NCBI RefSeq assembly: GCF_001194135.2
Contig: NC_068994.1
Coordinates: 44,884,906 to 44,948,905 of the forward strand
Direction: 5' to 3'
Source: Octopus bimaculoides
Lineage: Eukaryota
DNA: 64,000 bases
Both the position numbers and the translations under genes were made by a program. Below the pieces are notes generated by a model. That model was not told the DNA's origin. It worked only from the letters and a program-made list of their open reading frames with translations, and ran no database searches. Numbering within the stretch: the stretch's first letter is position 1; every line of letters starts with the position of its first letter. This document shows, one piece after another, positions 12,992-25,419 of this stretch.

Positions 12992-13738
12992 GTCTAAATA
13001 TACACTTAGAATATAAAATAAACAGAGAAAAGTAAAGAACTAAATTATATATAACAGATTCAAATTAATACACTTCTAAAGCAGGGTCTGTTTGATATTT
13101 AACAAATATCATTTTAAAATTCTTAAATTATATCATAGAGTACAATGAATACAGTACAATGTTTATAGAATGAAAATTAAATGAACATGATTTTATTTAA
13201 CAAATACAGGTAGAAATTTTAAAAATTCTAAAGTAGAGCATGTTTAATTGTTATGAACCTGCTTAAAAAAGTAAAGAACAAAGCTATTATTAACACAACA
13301 TATGTAAATTAACCAACTTCAAAAACAGGGTCCGTTCACTCAATATAGGGTTCAGTATATTGCACAGTAGTTCCCGATTTCTGGAAGCCAGATATGAGGT
13401 TCAGTGCTGTATTTGACTATGACTGGGCAATGTTAACATTTGAAGGCAGTTCACATTCAGATACGTGCTATTTCCGGAAAAACCATGGCTGTATGGATAA
13501 CTTAACAATCCATGGAGTTCATACGTACTATAAATGTGTGTACTGTAACACTGCATGTCTAGCAAAGCAGGTGATCTGAAGTAATACGAATTAAACAGCC
13601 CTGCTTAGAAACAGAGCAACACCAGTAGTAGATTTGAACACACTGACTTGTATGTTACTAACAGAATATCTTACCCACTTTGCCATTTCAACTCCCATAC
13701 TAGAAACAAACAGGATTATATAATTTCAACTGACTCAC

Positions 13739-13837
13739 CAGTCCACATGACATCTACATCAGGTAACAGTTTGGCCCCAATTGTACTCAAGTATTCAGAG
13801 TTTGATACTGCAGGCATAGCACGTGCTGAACAATACT
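13739..13837 (-). CDS. OGA: OGA exon 6 (99 nt): EYCSARAMPAVSNSEYLSTIGAKLLPDVDVMWT
   Basis: Acceptor atcttgtag, donor gtgagt, phase 1 to 1. Aligns to the human EYC...YLRTVGEKLLPGIEVLWT segment. Confidence 0.95.
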
Positions 13838-15286
13838 CTACAAGATAAACAAGATAAGAAAATTAAATTAAATATAAAAAGGACAGTTTAAGAGCTGGGA
13901 GAATTATTATAATTATAATTAAACATTTCCTTTCATTTTTCAGTTTTAAAAACCATCACCAAAGACGATTTACCATATTTACTTGTGTATAAGTTGCACC
14001 CCAGATTTAGTATTACACCTTAGTGCAAAACTTCTTTTTATAGTTTCAGCTTTGCCCTGCATATAAGTCACACCTTGGACTTTTCAGTTAAAATCAAGCA
14101 TAAAATAGTGTGACTTATACAAGTGAATACTGGAGTTCTCGGTGATGGTTATGAAGATTATCATAATTGTAATTACAGTTACAGTCATCATAATAACTTG
14201 CAGTTATGATGATGTGCTGTCATTTTTAGTCATAACCTTTAAACAACAGTCTTAGTTCTCTTGTGACAGTTGGCCAGTTGTGGTTATAGTTACTATTAAC
14301 ACTCTAGTCTTCTAGTGATAACCTTGTGATAGCAATCATAGCTGTCATATGACACTAGCTTTCAGTTATAACCTGCCAGTGATAATCATAGCTGTCATGT
14401 GATACACTAGCCTTCCGATTCATTTGTCAGTATAGTCATGTGTTATGTGACAATCTTCAGTCATAAACAGCCATTTATAGTCATAATTATAATGTGATAA
14501 ATTATTATTTGGACTTAAAATCAAATTGCCAGCAGTGGCACCAGCCAATACGGTCCACTAAATACTACACAAAGGCATAGTTATCTAACACACATATATA
14601 AATTCATTATCATCAATCCCTGGACACTACTGTCTCAAGTCCTGGGGCTCATAGGACAGCTATCCAGTTTCCATGGCTTATAAATGACTGAGATCACATT
14701 TTCCCTGAACAGGACACCAGTCCATCACAGGATTACTCATTTACAGTTGAGTGGACTGGAGCAACATGAAATGAAGTGTTTTGCTCAAGAACACAACACA
14801 CTGCCCAGTCTGAGAATTGAACCATGATCCTGTAATCATGAATGCAACACTCTAACCGTAGATATGTATACGGTACATTAAAAGAGAGGTAAGATAAAGA
14901 CACACATACATGCTTTTGTGTGTGTGTAGGTATGTGTTTGTATATCATGATCATTTAACTTCTGTTTTCTATGCTGGCATGGGTTGGAGAGTTTGACAAT
15001 AGCTGGCAAGCCAGAGAGCTGTGCCATGTTTTAGTGTCTGTTTTGACATGGTTTCTATGGCCAGACACCCTTCCTAACGTCAACCACTTTACTAAGTGTA
15101 CTGGGTGCTATTTTTCGTGACACCAGCAGAGTCACTAAATAACTTGCAGGAGAAGACATAAGTCCCTTCGACTGGTGAGAATAGTATTGAGGGAGGTGGC
15201 TTTGTACCAGTAGATGAGAAGTTTAAAGAATCCACATCATCATTAATAGTGACAGATTTAGAATAAAAATACAGTAAGGCACTGAC

Positions 15287-15455
15287 CTGTTGGACAAAAT
15301 AGAAACTTTAGCTGTCCTAAATGTTGGTAGGTTTCGTTGGTGACAGACACCTGTGCTGCAGCAATGGACTGGAATATGTTCTTATCTGCTTCACACAGTT
15401 GGGGATCAATGTCATCGAAGAGTAATGCAAAAGCTGTACAACCAAATGTAGCAAC
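15287..15455 (-). CDS. OGA: OGA exon 5 (169 nt) with catalytic Asp-Asp (LLFDDID; DD codons 15411-15416)
   Basis: Acceptor ttttgccag, donor gtcagt, phase 0 to 1. Encodes [17 protein letters not shown]...FLFCPT, equivalent to human D174/D175. Confidence 0.97.
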
Positions 15456-17349
15456 CTGGCAAAATGAGAACCACAGCCGAGGGAGAAAGAAAGAGAAAGG
15501 GACCACTGTTAGTAAGCAATTCAAGAAATTTATTTCCATGTAATTTCAAAGACAAGGCTTAATGAGATAAATCTTACTTGTATGAAACATGATAGCCTAT
15601 ACCAGCTGAATTACAGTTTTATACTTAAATGACTAAAATGTTTGAGATTAATTATTTGTTCTTTAAATGCTTTCAGTCATCAAACTGTAGCTACACTGGA
15701 ACACCGTCTTCAAAGGTATAAGTTGATTATATAGTACTTTTTTTCAACCTCAGATGGATGAAAGGCAAAACAGATCAGTTGAGGATTCGAACTTAGATCA
15801 TAAAAAGGAACATAAATAAATACCACATGTATTTTGTCAAATGCTCTGCCAACCACCCACTACAGTTAATTAAATTGTTAATGATAAAGTAATAGTCCAA
15901 AAATATAACAATCTTACAGTTACACATGCTTTTGCTGGTTTCAGTCATTCAGTTATGGCCAAGCTGGGGTATTACAGTTATATTTGTTTCATCATAATTC
16001 TACATAGAGAGCAATGTTTCCAGGTTTTTTNNNNNNNNNNTTCAGCAAATGAGCATGGCGAAAGTTTGTTAAATGGACAAGTATCACTGAATGAATCATA
16101 AAACCTTTTAATGTTCAATACATATAAAGTATCATATTTATAAATAGTGCTACAAACAAAGTAAAGACCACACAACATGTATAGTACAATAAAACATTGT
16201 TATAGATGACTACTGCGGCCATTACTTAAAGTTTCACATATCAGAATCAAATAGTTCCGCGGATTCTTTCGTTTTAACAAACCCGAGAGTTATCTCCCAT
16301 GCTACACACACACACACACACCTAATTCAAATGTTCCAAGCATATACGTAGCAAAAACAAACCATTTTGACATATCTACAATCCTCCACGAGTCTTTCTG
16401 TTATTAAATTAAATTAGAGAAAAATTTCTTCAAAATGAAATAAAATTAACATCTGATATTTTTTAGGCATTTTGTCAGCTTTTGCTTGCAGTAATATGTC
16501 ATGCCTAGCTTATTCTATAACATTCATGAACATTTCGTTAACTATTGAAAAAAAATTAGATTTTGTTTCCATGACCTTTCCAAAATTATATCAAGTCCCC
16601 ATAGTTCATTAAATAATTCTAAGTCTGCAGAACTGGAAAAGCACTGGGCAGCAAAGTGCAACTGACCAATATGTGCAGAAAAAATGGAAGTACACCACTG
16701 GTATGTATAGCTGATGCATATCATCTGTGAAAATAGTGTGACATGTGACAGTGGAAAGATAGTTGGAAGAGAGAAAGACATAGGAAGTGATGAGATTAGA
16801 CCTGAATGGGCTGGGCCTCAAAGATATGATGCCAGACCAAAAGAAAAGAGATACACTTTGTAGAACATATATCCAACTCGTTGACACAAAGAAGAAAAAA
16901 AGACAATAAAACTATGTGTACAAAGTTTGTTGTTATTGTGTAGTTTCAGATCAGCTCTGATTGAACAAACCTAGGCACAGAGTAAGTAGAAAGACTAAGT
17001 TCAATCAACACATTCATAGCTCTGGATAAGTCATGCCTTCATCTAGGTGAAAAACCATACTGTAAATAGCACAGCCAACGTTTCATTTCATTCTATGTGA
17101 TGTAGCTTAGGCATGTTCTCTCCCCCATTGCTTTGTCTTGGCAAATCATACTTACTTCATGGCATGTACCCCATCCACTGTCCTGTCCAGGTATAGAGCA
17201 CTCTCTCTCAACTGTCCTGTTTGTAGAGACTCTCATTAAGATGATAATGATCATCATTATCATCAGCACAAATTTAATTAAAAAGAAGGAAAATTGAGTA
17301 AAGAAAGAGGGTGGCGAAGGAAAAATAGCAAGAAGCAGCAGATACATAC

Positions 17350-17480
17350 TTGCTCCAACTTCCTCTTCAAGGCAGTGACATCTTTTGTACTGGAATATGT
17401 GATATCTAAACCTGGCGAGAGCGCATAAACAAACTCAACATTCTGATCGTGAGCAGCATCAATGAGACCAGTCAGGCAAT
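17350..17480 (-). CDS. OGA: OGA exon 4 (131 nt): [44 protein letters not shown]
   Basis: Acceptor atttctag, donor gtatgt, phase 1 to 0. [12 protein letters not shown] motif. Confidence 0.96.
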
Positions 17481-19396
17481 CTAGAAATAAAGACAGGTAA
17501 TAACAAATGATTAAAAGGTGACAAACAAAAATAATTTGTCCATTTTTTTCACATCTGACAAACATAAGAATTTGTATCTAAATGCAATCGCTTGTTTTAG
17601 CAGAACAGAACACCAGTAGTCAAGTAGTCTATCAGTAGTAACTTCTCAAAAATATAGTAACAGTTGTATAGCCCCAAGAGACCTAAATGAAATTCTAAGG
17701 ACAATGTTTAGCTTTAGTCTCCATGGCATTTAGAGCAAATTAGAGCTAGAATCCCCATGTTTTCCATCCTGGATAGGACGAAAGTCTTTCACAACTAACA
17801 ATCCTAAAACATATGGTCCCAACATAATGTTCCTGACAACTTCATGGACTGAGGTATGCAAAATAAGTATCCCTATGTGAATACATGGAAAGCCTGCATA
17901 GGGGAATTTGACACAGAAGCTGGTAGTCCCAATACTTTAGCCACATGACTCCTAGACAATCGCAGGTGAATTTCAATCAAGTATTTACAAACCACTGCTC
18001 AGTCAACTGGTAGTGATGTCTTATTTTGTTGTTGGGACACCACCAAAATGTTAGTCTTTGTGTAGATATTTAAGAGAGAGAAGTACACTGGAGTGGTTTC
18101 CTATTGACTTCTGTAGGCCTACTTGTGAATATGAACTAATCACTTGCCACCTAACAAAACACGCTTCAGTTGCAATGCTACCTGCTAATAACAGCAAATA
18201 AGGAAACCCCTATGTGGACACTCGACTTGCTAGAAATAACAGCCTAATCTTTCTCAAATAATCCATTACCATTTTAGGAAATATAGACTTACATACTCCT
18301 TGCCCTCAAGAAACAAGAGTCACGGGTGGAATGTCTGCTTGAGCAGAGTTGACCTACAGCTAAACAACAGTAGCAGCAAATTAAAACCACTGTACAGCAC
18401 CGATCTAAATTTAAGATCTGTGATGGTAAACCTATGACACCTGCAACATGTTTCAAGTTATTCACTTGGGGTTTTTGAAGCAATGCCATGAGGAAATGTG
18501 GTGGATTTTTTTTAAGACAGCACATCTTAAATTTTTAGTTGACACAATCTAACATGGCTAGTGCAATAAAGACTACCATTTCTTGACTGTTTACTTCTGA
18601 TGATAGGCCTTTCTGCCTGAAACACCTGCAATATCATATAAAAAGCTTATTTCTTACATACAAGCTAAAACTATAACACATGTTAGTGATAATCCAATGA
18701 CAAGATTACTAAAATTAAAATTTCAATATGCTGGAGTAAACAAAGTTCACCATCTCTGAACTGGGTGAATTGGACTATTGAGAACTGTTACACATCTTGA
18801 CCTACAATTAAATATGTTAGCAGTGACAGGATATAAAACACTAACTTTATGGGTTGTCATCCATTATTTTACCAAGATGACCATCTACTCTCTCAAATGA
18901 AATGGAACAATGTAAAAATGAAACATCTTCCCTAGAAGAACCGTAAGACAAAATCTGTAGCTGTAGGAAATTTGAACTCGAAATCACCAAGTTACCAGTC
19001 AGATATCATAACCATTTGGTCATTTCACATCAAACTAAACAAAATGGAGCAATTGGGCATAGCTGTTTGGATGCTGGTAATTTGGTATGGTTGACTGGAT
19101 ACTGAACCTGTTTGGTGACAGTACATTTTGGCACTGGAAACAAACACACACACACACACACACACAAACATTACAATTTATTAATAGAAGATGACTGACA
19201 TAAATAAAGAAAGAGAGAAAGGATGGAAGTGAACAAAAGAAACATGAAAATGTCTGATGTCAAATAAGTCAGCATCGAATCAGTGATACCAAATAGGCAG
19301 GATCAAAATGTCTCATGCCCCTAAAAGAACAAAAGGACAAGACTTTCTTTTTTTACATGCAATAAACAACAAAGAGAAAGAGATAAAGATAGTTAC

Positions 19397-19494
19397 CAGC
19401 TTCTTCCACAGAATATAAATCACGCCACATGGCTCTGTGCTTACAATCATCTTTCGGGGCATACAGGTATGTGTTGAGTCCCATTTTGCTCATC
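19397..19494 (-). CDS. OGA: OGA exon 3 (98 nt): [32 protein letters not shown]
   Basis: Acceptor cttcag, donor gtaact, phase 2 to 1. Conserved [11 protein letters not shown] motif. Confidence 0.96.
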
Positions 19495-19791
19495 CTGAAG
19501 TAAATAACAAAAATAATACAGATAGAGAAACAAATAAAGGCCTTTAAAAAAAAAAAAAAAAGATATGGTACTTTACTGGTTGAACCTTAAGGAAGAAAAG
19601 GCAAAGCTGAACTTAATGAACAAATACTCTAAGGCATTTTATCCTTCGTTCTTATGACTCCACCAATTCACCTATATCTCTCTCTCACACACACACACAC
19701 AAAGCAAGAGAGAGAGCATGTGAACTGTGCTGAGAAATAGAATGCTGTTGGCAGATAAAACACTGAGATCAATGAAACAACTGTTTAGGAT

Positions 19792-20115
19792 CTTTTACTT
19801 GTTTCAGTCATTAGACTGCAGCCATGCTGGAGCACTGCCTTCTAAGAATTTCAGTTGAATGAATTAACTCCAGTAGTTATTTCTTTTAAGCCTGGTACTT
19901 ATCCAATGGTCTCTTTTGCTTAACCACTAAGTTATAGGGATGTAAACACACCAACACCAGTTGCCAGGCAGTAAGGAAGGGCTGGCTGGGTAACAAAGAC
20001 ACAAAAACACACACACACACACACAATGGGCTTCTTTCAGTTTCCATCTACTAAATCCATTCACAGACACTTGCTCATGGTGGCATGCAGTGGGACTGAA
20101 CCTAGAACCATGCCA
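19792..20115 (-). mobile_element. tRNA-derived SINE, diverged copy
   Basis: Similar to the full copy at 58976-59380 (ttttacttgtttcagtcatt...gggcttctttcagtttcc...gtgggactgaacc). Confidence 0.7.
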
Positions 20116-20584
20116 GTCTCTTTATATTCTGTAACATAGCAGTTCAACAAATAAAATATTGATAAAATAAGTACAAGAATGAAATAAATAACTAAGGTTG
20201 ATAAGATCTATCAAAAAATTAAGGGCAGTGCCCCATTGTCGCCACAGTGAACTGACTGAAACCAATGAAAGATAAAAGCGTAATAGACCTAAATATTGAA
20301 AAAAATTATCTCGAAAGAGATAAAGATGAACAGAAAAATTATCATGTAATTGTTGCAGCCATTTTTACAATTTACTAAAGTATGTATATGAGTCTTATAT
20401 ATTGTTCTTAGACATGTATTACACTATGGCATTAGTGTACAAGCTGTAGCAGCAGCAGCAAAAGACCACCCACTACCTTATCCATACAGCCAATGGCACT
20501 GTACAATAGAATACATCAATAAACCAATAAGAAACATTTTCTTTACATAGTTCACAGATGTTTATGAAAACAATTATAATTTAC

Positions 20585-20636
20585 CATTTGAATAAAATTC
20601 TTCGTTGATCTGTTGTCCATGGTCTGCCATAGAAAC
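20585..20636 (-). CDS. OGA: OGA exon 2 (52 nt): G-FYGRPWTTDQRRILFK-W
   Basis: Acceptor tttttcag, donor gtaa, phase 1 to 2. GFYGRPW is the GH84 signature. Confidence 0.95.
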
Positions 20637-20769
20637 CTGAAAAACAAAAAAAGAAGACATTGATTAGATGGCTGATTCAGTCGGTGTTTACATAAATATA
20701 TCATATATAGTGAGAGTTGAAAGAAAATGTAGGTTCAGCAATACTACAAACAGTATGTATATTAACGAT

Positions 20770-21000
20770 GGAATATATGGAAAAGTGTCTTCTATTATAG
20801 CTTCAGGTTAACAAAAGCTTTGTGAGCAGATATGGTAGGTAGAAACTGAAAGAAGCCCATCATAAGTATACAAATATGTGTGTGTGTCTGTGTATACACG
20901 GCAACTTGGATAAGTGTCTTCTACAATAGCACTAGCTAGGTTAACCAATGCTTTGTGAGTAAATTTGGCAGACAGAAACCGAGTGGAAACCCACTGTATA
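20770..21000 (+). mobile_element. tRNA-derived SINE fragments (two tandem partial copies)
   Basis: aagtgtcttcta..atagc...gtgag...gaaactgaaagaagcccat, matching the SINE 5' half. Confidence 0.6.
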
Positions 21001-21001
21001 C

Positions 21002-21238
21002 ATCATGCCTGTGCCGGTGGCACATAAAAAGCACCTTCTGAACGTTGGACCTCACAGAGGTAGTGACGAGTGACCAAGACTTCTGGCGAAATACTGTGCT
21101 TGAGAAGACCTGTCAAACCAAGTGAGATGGTAGTCGTGGCTAATGCCAGCGCTGCGTAACTGGCACCCATGCAAGTGGCACATATAAGGCACCCACTACA
21201 CTCTTGTAGTGGTTGACGTTAGGAAGGGCATCCAGTTA
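21002..21238 (+). mobile_element. RTE-tailed SINE family, partial copy
   Basis: ggcacccactacactc...gttaggaagggcatccag, the reverse complement of the 9506 copy core. Confidence 0.65.
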
Positions 21239-21656
21239 ATGCAGGTAGTTTATCCCTTCTCCCTCCAACTTTTTGTTCATGCAATTGAAAAAACCGCTTT
21301 ACTTATGGGATGACCCAATATATATATACATGTATACCGTAGACATCATATATTATATTTACGGCCTAGTGGTTAGGATTTTGCATTCACGATCCAGTGA
21401 TCTATTCCTAGACCTGGTGGTGTGTTGTGTTCTTGAGCAAAACACTTCATCTCACATAGCTCTATGACCACTTTGATATCTGATGCATGGCACACACTGT
21501 ACTCGTTCAGACAACATCGATTTGATAGAGTGAGAGTGAGCTAATGTGTGGCACATACACTTGATCACCAGAAACAAATCATTTGTGCAGGTCGTTCAAA
21601 AAGCTGAACGCTCATACGTCGTCTTCGACATGAAAATCCATCACATAAAAATATAT

Positions 21657-21915
21657 ACGTTCGGGATCTTTCTGATTTGACGGGCACCACTTGTTTTCTT
21701 AACGAAACACTTTCAAACTTGGGATACTGGTAGAATGTGTCATATAAAACAACTTTTTCTCTTAGCCTTCTTAACAATTTTTTACATGAAATAACTTCGA
21801 ATACAAAATTTTTTATCTGATCTATAACACAAAGTTTGAAAGTGTTTCGGTACCAAAAACACTACATAAAACATAAATGAAAAGTGTTGCCCGTCAAATC
21901 AGAAAGATCCTACGT
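21657..21915. mobile_element. MITE with ~35-bp TIRs (Tc1/mariner-like)
   Basis: GGATCTTTCTGATTTGACGGGCA at the left and its reverse complement at the right. Inner 18-bp inverted repeat gaaacactttcaaacttt / aaagtttgaaagtgtttc. Confidence 0.7.
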
Positions 21916-23399
21916 TCGTGAGTGCGCACGTATGTTTGTGTGTTTGCGTTTGTCCTCCCTCGTCACTACCACCTGACAATCGGTGTTGGTTTGTTTACAT
22001 GCCACCCCACCCACCCCCACAGAATAAAAAATCAGACTTAAAAAATATAAGTACTGGGATCAATTTATTCACCTAAGCCCACCAAGACAGTGTCCCAACA
22101 TGCCAACAGTGCAAGGACAGAAACAAGGAAATGATATACATTAGACACTTATGCTGACAATAAACATTAGCGTCACACCAATATAAATACCAGATACACT
22201 ACCAAGCTGTAACTGTCCCGAAATTATCTACTCTATGACCTAAAATTCATGTTATACCTCACCTAAAAAAACTCCAACATCCTCAAAGTAAATCAATTAT
22301 ATTTAATTATTTTGATACAAAAACACGAAAGATAATAATTTAAACAAATAAGTACACTATTAAATCTTTTTACTATTTGGTCCCTATTAATGGTGTGTAT
22401 TTATATATAAAACATAAGTGAAATGCTATGGAAAGTATGACAACCAGCACGCGCGCACACATTCTTCACATTAATCATTCATCATATCTGTGCTAGTAAG
22501 GCTGGCATAGTTGGTTAAGCTATAGTAATAAGTATGTACCTTGGAGGTGAAAGACACAGGGTTAGTGTGAGAGAGGGTGTACGAGGGAGATGGTGAGAAG
22601 GAAGTCAGTAGGTTTGTATTGGGAGGTATTTCGGCAAATTTATGTGAGCAGACAACGGGGAGAAGGGAGATGAAGAAGACTATGCAAAATAGGTTTTGTG
22701 TATATGTACAAATCTGTGTGTGTGTGTATGTGAGACGGGAGGAGAGAGAAAGAGAGAGAGAGAGATGAAAAGAACAGCTTTATCTCAGAATGAAAGATAA
22801 AGAGAAAAGATATAAATCAAAAAGAGAAAGAGAGAAAGGGGGGGAAAATAGGAAAAGAAAAAGGAAAGGATGAATGAGAGGAGGTAAAGCGGGAAAGACT
22901 GAAATAGAATAAAAATAAAACTAAAGAAAAAAAAAGTAGGGTTTAAGAAACAAGAATTTACATGCTCGTGCATGTGTGTGTGTAGATGTGCATGTATGTG
23001 TGCATGTGTACGTTATTGCTGAGGGCTTTAAACAACAACAAAAGGGGGGGGGGGAAATAGAAATAAAAACATTTTTTGGAGATGTAAGCAGGTTTTCTGG
23101 TTGTAACCGGTCAAGACCAGATGTAGGCTGGTGTAATATTGAAAGACCTGAGGCAGAAAAACATGAGAAACGAAAATATATACACACAAAAAACAAGCAC
23201 TCTAGTATCGATTACACAATCCAGAAACGTAGATATCTGTGTCTATGCATATATTATATGTATATATGTAAGACAGAAGGAATATGTATGTACACACACA
23301 TACACATATATCCAGGTTCCTTATAAACACACATATATATCCATGTTCCTTATGAACTTTACTTTATAGAATGAATATAGAACAGAAAGCAATCTTTAA

Positions 23400-23558
23400 C
23401 CCTTCAGCATTCAGACTCCTCTGTCAAATGTAATGCTTATTTATTCCCATTGTTTTTAATTAATCACGCATTATCTTGTAGCAATGGTGTTTGTATATTT
23501 TTAGCATGACATCGTTAGTGTGTTTAGATCAGATACGACCGGATTAAATGTAGAAAGG
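23400..23558. mobile_element. piggyBac-type MITE
   Basis: TTAA|CCCTTCAGCATT...AATGTAGAAAGG|TTAA: TTAA on both sides and CCC-start TIR. Confidence 0.6.
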
Positions 23559-24726
23559 TTAAATTTATTTTGTGAAATTCAAATTACGACAAACGTAAAT
23601 AAACAAAGTTTGCTTTTTTAGAAGCGTTGAGATGTCTTTTAGGAAGTGATTTTAAATTCTCAATCGCAGAATAATGCTAATAATATAGCCTGAACAGGAT
23701 AAACTATCCCTATTTTGCAGAGAAAAGTGTGGACTCGAACTCACATGGCCGTGATTACATGTGGGGAGAAGAATTTTTTTTTTTTAATTCAAACAAACAA
23801 TAACATTAATTAATGATTACTCTTTTCAATAATATTCCAATTTTGAACTGCGTAATTTTGAATTTTAGATGCGGTTCTAGAAGTCAGATTAGGTTGGGAC
23901 TATCAGTTTTAATTCAAGAGCTGANNNNNNNNNNNNNNNNNNNNNNNNNNNNNNNNNNNNNNNNNNNNNNNNNNNNNNNNNNNNNNNNNNNNNNNNNNNN
24001 NNNNNNNNNNNNNNNNNNNNNNNNNNNNNNNNNNNNNNNNNNNNNNNNNNNNNNNNNNNNNNNNNNNNNNNNNNNNNNNNNNNNNNNNNNNNNNNNNNNN
24101 NNNNNNNNNNNNNNNNNNNNNNNNNNNNNNNNNNNNNNNNNNNNNNNNNNNNNNNNNNNNNNNNNNNNNNNNNNNNNNNNNNNNNNNNNNNNNNNNNNNN
24201 NNNNNNNNNNNNNNNNNNNNNNNNNNNNNNNNNNNNNNNNNNNNNNNNNNNNNNNNNNNNNNNNNNNNNNNNNNNNNNNNNNNNNNNNNNNNNNNNNNNN
24301 NNNNNNNNNNNNNNNNNNNNNNNNNNNNNNNNNNNNNNNNNNNNNNNNNNNNNNNNNNNNNNNNNNNNNNNNNNNNNNNNNNNNNNNNNNNNNNNNNNNN
24401 NNNNNNNNNNNNNNNNNNNNNNNNNNNNNNNNNNNNNNNNNNNNNNNNNNNNNNNNNNNNNNNNNNNNNNNNNNNNNNNNNNNNNNNNNNNNNNNNNNNN
24501 NNNNNNNNNNNNNNNNNNNNNNNNNNNNNNNNNNNNNNNNNNNNNNNNNNNNNNNNNNNNNNNNNNNNNNNNNNNNNNNNNNNNNNNNNNNNNNNNNNNN
24601 NNNNNNNNNNNNNNNNNNNNNNNNNNNNNNNNNNNNNNNNNNNNNNNNNNNNNNNNNNNNNNNNNNNNNNNNNNNNNNNNNNNNNNNNNNNNNNNNNNNN
24701 NNNNNNNNNNNNNNNNNNNNNNNNNN

Positions 24727-25020
24727 ATTCTGGCTGGTTAGTTCTGACTATTATTCGTGAGTGGAAACAATCCACTCAACAGTGTCGAGATAAAACCACT
24801 CTTGTTGGTGTTGCTGGCGACGACAATGGTAGCCAGTGCATTGGTGGTGAAGACGTCGGCGCTGGAATTGGCTGTGTTCTGTATGTGGGTGGCGAAAAAG
24901 AGCTAACCGGAAACCCAGAAAAACTCTCTATCACGTGACTTTATCACAAAGCCAAGATTGGACGTAATGCCCTCTTAGCAAGCAGAACATGGGGACAATT
25001 GCCGCGCAAAAATAAGAATC
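24727..25020 (-). promoter_or_regulatory. Candidate intronic (alternative) promoter with ETS, E-box and CCAAT motifs
   Basis: CCGGAA 24907-24912, ATCACGTGAC 24930-24939 and ATTGG 24957-24961 cluster in a CpG-rich patch beside a gap. Confidence 0.45.
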
Positions 25021-25419
25021 AATCAGGATGATGGACAGAAAGGTCCAAGGTGAAGGCTAGATGTTAGCAGCTTCGTTATCATTTATGAAATTGAATGCCC
25101 GAGAGAGAGAGAGAGGTTTCACTACAAGATTATTTATCAATAATGAATGGGTGCCCTATATATGGTAAGCTTCAAATAGGATGTACTGTTGCACAGATAA
25201 GCCACCACACATAAAACTGGAAGAGGGTTTCTGGTTAGGACTAGACTTTCTTGAGTTGTCTCATACTTATTTCCAGCAGTTAAGTAAAACTCAAGCAATG
25301 TAGTCTGAAGTGTTGCAGAAAGACAAGAAAACATGAGATTTGAACCCATGATCACAAAACAGACAATCACAATACTTTAAGCCATCTCGTCTCGTCTCTC
25401 TCCCCCTCTCATATCATCA

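Noticed and set aside
14190-14510. Degenerate internal repeats (atcatagctgtcat...cactagc)
   Set aside because: Decayed minisatellite-like sequence with no coding or structural signal I can support.
23813-24775. Long ORFs of 288-315 aa (also at 28357, 31914, 34183, 36286 and 46521)
   Set aside because: They consist almost entirely of X from N gaps and are artefacts of the ORF caller.
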